Assembly: GCA_963791045.1 (NCBI GenBank)
Contig: CAWBQK010000001.1
Location: 32,001 to 96,000, forward strand
DNA length: 64,000 nt
Source of the DNA: Candidatus Latescibacterota bacterium
GTDB lineage: Bacteria > Krumholzibacteriota > Krumholzibacteriia > WVZY01
Direction of reading: 5' to 3'
Position 1 is the first letter of the stretch, and every line of letters begins with the position of its first letter. A program made the translations under genes and the position numbers. Of this stretch, positions 59,940 to 64,000 are shown piece by piece. The notes under the pieces were generated by a model. The model ran no database searches. It was not told where the DNA came from and saw only the letters and a list, made by a program, of their open reading frames with translations.

Positions 59940-62619
59940 TTAAAGAAGCTTGACCGCCTGCTGCACACCCGGGTCTCCTTCGATGGGACGAACGGTAAAA
60001 CCCATCCCGCGAGAAAGAGAGATCATGTTGCCGTTCTCGGTGAGTATCTCGCCTTCCATGACTTTGAGCCCGTGGGCTACGGCGGAGTCGATAAGCGCTT
60101 TCATGATTCTCGATCCGATTCCAACGCGTCTCCATTCGTCGCCGACCACGATCGCAAATTCGCAGCTCTTTCCATCGGGATTGGTCACGTAACGACCCAC
60201 AGCGATCTCGGCTTCCTTGTCGTTGATCGTCGTGGTGGCGATAAACGCCATCTCGCGGTCGTAATCAATTTGCGTGAACCGGATCAACATTTCCGGAGTG
60301 AGTTCCTGGAGCGACTGCATAAACCGGAAGTACTTGGACTGGGGAGAGAGATTCCGGACAAACGTGTCCTCGATCTCGGCATCCTCTGGACGAATCGGGC
60401 GTATCACGATATCGCGTCCATCGGGAAGCTGGAAGCTGCTCGAGAGATGGCTCGGGTATGGGTGGATCGCCATGTGATCGTAACGGCCCGCCGTCGGCGA
60501 GTGATAGTCGACAACGACACGCGCGTCCACCGCCATCGCGCCCTCTTCGTCGGCGATAAGCGGGTTGATGTCGAGTTCGCGAATGTGCGGCAGCTCGCAA
60601 ACCATCGCGGACACCCTCAAGAGCACCGCTTCAATCATTTTAACATCAACGGGCGGGAGGTTGCGGAACGCTTCGAGAAGTTTGGCAACGCGTGTCTGTT
60701 TTATCTGTTCCCTCGCGATAAATTCGTTGAGCGGCGGAAGCGCAACGGCGCGGTCCTTGAGGACCTCAACCGCGGTGCCGCCGGCGCCAAAACTGAGCGT
60801 CGGGCCAAACACCTCGTCGCGGATCACCCCGACCATCAGTTCGCGGCCGTTCACCTTCTTCAACATTTTTTCGACGGTGACACCACGAACATCGGCGTCC
60901 GGCCTCGCATCCTGGATCGAGTTGACCATTTCGGTGTAGGCGGAGCGGACGTCATGAGCACTGCCGATATTCAACCTTACGCCCCCAACATCGGACTTGT
61001 GTGTGATGTCCGGAGAGTTGACCTTCATCGCGACTGGAAAACCGAGAGACTGCGCGGCGACGAGCGCCTCATTTGCTGACCGGACTTCGACGCTTGGCAT
61101 CGTTGGTATATGAAACGCCGCGAGCAGCGCCTTCGATTCGGCCGTCGACAGCACCTTGCGGCCGTCGGAGAGCGCACCTTCAATCACCAGCCGCGCGCCT
61201 TCGACATCGGGCTCGCTCGTGTCGGCAAGCGGCGAGGGTACCTGGCGGAGCAGTTGCTGATTTCTGTGATAATGCGAAAGATATGAAAACGCCTTTACCG
61301 ACGCTTCGGGTGTCGAGAAGTACGGAAGCTTGTTTTTCGAAAAAAGTTTCCTGGCTTCGCCTGACCTGTTCCTCACCCATCCAGCACGCGATCACTGGCT
61401 TCTTGCCCTTTTTGGCGGCGGCGATAACTTGCTTCGCCGCCTCCGTTGGTTTGCTCATGGCCTGGGGGGTAAACATCGCAACGACACCGTCAACCTGGTC
61501 ACCCTCCTGGCAAGCCATGATCGCGTCCCTGTAACGTTCCGGCTGCGCGTCACCAAGAATATCGATCGGATTCCCGCGCGACCATGCGGCGGGAAGAACC
61601 TTGTCCAGTGTCTCAATTGTCTTCTTGTCAAGTTCGGGGATCAAGACGTGCGCGTCGACAGCGCTGTCCGCCGCCATGACACCCGGTCCGCCGGCATTGG
61701 TGACGACGCCGAGGCGGTTGCCCTTGACCCTGGCGCCCGTCGCAAGGACATGCGCGGCGTCGAACAGTTCGCCGATAGTCAACACACGAACAACACCGGC
61801 CCGCTGAAGCGCGGCGTCAAAAACATCGTCGGCACCAACAAGTGAACCCGTGTGTGATACGGCTGCCTTCGAACCGGCCGCATGCCGGCCCGCCTTGACG
61901 ACGACAACCGGCTTCATACGCGCGGCGACACGCAGACCGCTCATGAACCGGCGCGCGTTCCGAATTCCTTCGATATAGAGAAGAATGCTTCTTGTTTCAC
62001 CGTCGGCGGCAAGATAATCGAGTACCTCTCCAAAATCGACATCCGCGGAACCACCCATCGACACCATAGACGAGAAACCGACCTGGTTTGACAACGCCCA
62101 GTCGAGTACGGACGTGCACAACGCCCCGGACTGCGAGATTAACGCCATGTTCCCCGGGAGCGCCGCGTTATGACTGAATGTCGCATTGAGTCCGACGGAC
62201 GGACGCATGGTCCCAAGACAGTTCGGGCCGATTATGCGGAGACCGTAGTGCCGTGCCGCGTCCAGCATTTCTTCTTCGAGTCTGACACCCTTGGGTCCGA
62301 CTTCGCGAAAACCGGCCGAAATCACAACCGCGCCCCTGACACCATTTTCGCCGGCTTCGCGGATCAGCGCCGGAACGGTCGCCGCCGGAGTGACGACAAC
62401 AACCACGTCCACCGGTTTACCGATAGCTTCTATCGAAGGAAAACAGGGCTTTCCGTGGATCTCCTGGTATTTTGGATTTATCGCGTATAATTCGCCCTTG
62501 AAACCGGCCTCTATCATATTGGCGAATACCCGGTGTCCCACGGAATCTTCGCGCGTGGTGGCCCCGATGACCGCCACGGACTCGGGAGCAAACAACTTGT
62601 GCAGATAATGAGCACCCAT
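59940..62619 (-). CDS. Bifunctional acetate--CoA ligase family / GNAT protein (Pat-type lysine acetyltransferase); frameshift near 61350
   Basis: PESVAVIGA, IGPNCLG, SQSGA, SHTGSLVG, TNAGGPGV, HKSDVGGV, ELDINP, C-terminal IRPIRPED...TQIDYDREMA GNAT domain. Confidence 0.93.
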
Positions 62620-62904
62620 CTCCGCCTCCATTTCATACACAAAACAACAGCGATCGCAGCCGCAATCGCCGGGCTCGTGCACATATAAATCGTGGATTTT
62701 AGAATACTTGCCAGAGGTATATTAAGTCTCAGCCTCAATTGAATCAAGCGGTTTCGGGCGCGGCCGGCGCACGGCGCGTCCGGTGCGGTAACCACTTATC
62801 CGTCTGCGGCGGCGCCCGCGGCAAGAACCGCTTGACGGGGCGGCCTCCGCGACGGTAGATATGGAATATTGACTCTACTTATTGACGCATGAAGGAGAAA
62901 TGGG

Positions 62905-63465
62905 ATGAAGAAACCCGCGCTGGCGCTTTTGGTACTTATATTTGCATTTCAGGCCCACTCGTGGGGGCCGGCGTGTTGGTTTGGGGCTGCCAACGCCAAC
63001 GCCCAGAGCGAGAAACCCATCCAGATAGCGATTCTCAACCCCGTCCAGATTTATGGGGAAGACATTTCGATCAAAGGATTCCGGCTCAATCTGATTTACG
63101 GAGCCAACGAGAATGTCACTGGGCTCGACTTAGGGATAGTAAACGCGGTCAACGGCGACATGGACGGCGTTCAGCTGGGCGTGTTTTCAACCGTCGAGGG
63201 CAACCTTCACGGCTGGCAGTGGAGCCTCGTCAACTGGGTCGAGGGGGACGGTGACGGCGTGCAACTGTCGTCGTTTTTTAACAACGCAGGGGGAATCGAG
63301 GGTCTGCAACTGGGCCTGATCAACAACGCAGGCACGTTGAACGGTGTCCAGATTGGAATTCTGAACATGGCGGACAAAGCGCATGGTCTCCAGATCGGGC
63401 TAGTCAACATTATAAAGAGCAAGGAGAAGCTCAAGTTCTTCCCCGTAGTAAACTGGTCATTCTAA
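62905..63465 (+). CDS. Secreted/outer-membrane GxQxG-repeat protein (LA_2272-like)
   Basis: Signal peptide; repeats GVQLG/GWQWSLVN/GLQLGLIN/GVQIGILN/GLQIGLVN; ends FPVVNWSF. Confidence 0.8.
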   Translation: MKKPALALLVLIFAFQAHSWGPACWFGAANANAQSEKPIQIAILNPVQIYGEDISIKGFRLNLIYGANENVTGLDLGIVNAVNGDMDGVQLGVFSTVEGNLHGWQWSLVNWVEGDGDGVQLSSFFNNAGGIEGLQLGLINNAGTLNGVQIGILNMADKAHGLQIGLVNIIKSKEKLKFFPVVNWSF

Positions 63466-63501
63466 CAGAACGCCGTTCGCCTCGCGCGGCATCCACACAA
63501 A

Positions 63502-63531
63502 AAGCCCGGCGATCCAACGACCGCCGGGCTT
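63502..63531. terminator. Bidirectional terminator hairpin
   Basis: aagcccggcg...cgccgggctt between convergent genes. Confidence 0.7.
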
Positions 63532-63553
63532 CTCGATTCTCCGATCTGACGCG

Positions 63554-64000
63554 CTATTTCAACAACATCATTTTGCGCGTGCCGACAAAATCGCCCGCCA
63601 CGATGCGATAAAAATACACACCGGTCGACACCGCCACGCCCTGATCGTTCTTTCCATCCCAGACAACCGTATTGATCCCCTGGACGCCCGGCCCATCGTG
63701 CAGCAGCCGCACTCGTGACCCATTCACATCAAAAACTTCAAGACGCGCCCGAACTTGACGTTCGAGCGTGAACCGAATGGTCGTTTCCGGGTTGAACGGG
63801 TTCGGGTAGTTGGGATCCAGTCGATTGAACATTCCATCGGCGGCAATACGCGGATCGATCCCCGTCACTATGTCGATCGGCCTCGGACCGACGCACACAT
63901 CGTCGATATATGCGCCCTCCGCAACATCCATATCGCCGTCACTATAAAATCTGAATCGAAGCCACAGATTCGATCCAGCTGTATATCCGGACAGGTCGTA
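63554..64000 (-). CDS. C-terminal part of a secreted protein with FlgD-Ig/T9SS-type domain (5' end outside the window)
   Basis: EGAYIDDV, then NYPNPFNPETTIRF...WDGKNDQG..VSTGVYFYRI...RKMMLLK*. Confidence 0.88.
   Translation of the reverse strand, partial: YDLSGYTAGSNLWLRFRFYSDGDMDVAEGAYIDDVCVGPRPIDIVTGIDPRIAADGMFNRLDPNYPNPFNPETTIRFTLERQVRARLEVFDVNGSRVRLLHDGPGVQGINTVVWDGKNDQGVAVSTGVYFYRIVAGDFVGTRKMMLLK

Overview
A 64-kb bacterial chromosome segment of moderately high GC. The secretion-tail repertoire (NYPNPFNP...KMxLLK FlgD-Ig C-terminal domains plus short (T/S)xGKVKSLY tails) suggests an FCB-superphylum candidate lineage such as Krumholzibacteriota/Latescibacterota (inference). Many genes carry single-base frameshifts, several in homopolymer runs and densest in the first ~14 kb; these are most likely long-read assembly errors. 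Left part: ECF sigma/STAS/anti-sigma module, a secreted Ig-domain protein, an MtrA/MtrB-type decaheme cytochrome-porin pair, a cobalamin riboswitch controlling a btuB-like receptor and a beta-propeller protein, three tRNAs, two tandem Cys-rich secreted paralogs and a C25 gingipain-like protease. Middle: mnmA, TPR/barrel/lipoprotein genes and exbD-exbB-tonB; a PecS/TamR-type MarR divergent from a four-gene amino-acid operon (PLP enzyme, DUF1611/DgcN-like, PP-loop ATPase-creatininase fusion, dipeptide epimerase); and a split LKR/SDH saccharopine pathway with rocD. Right part: LVIVD-repeat protein, orphan GspE/PilB ATPase, ffh-rpsP-khpA-rimM-trmD-rplS-rnhB-yraN, tgt-yajC-def-fmt-PASTA-rpe, a sulfatase-like protein and a Pat-type acetyltransferase. 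The best candidates for undescribed biology are the shared C-terminal TWGKVKSLY sorting-like signal on unrelated secreted proteins and the D-amino-acid/peptide-modifying operon with its fusion enzyme. No CRISPR array, rRNA or transposase was seen.
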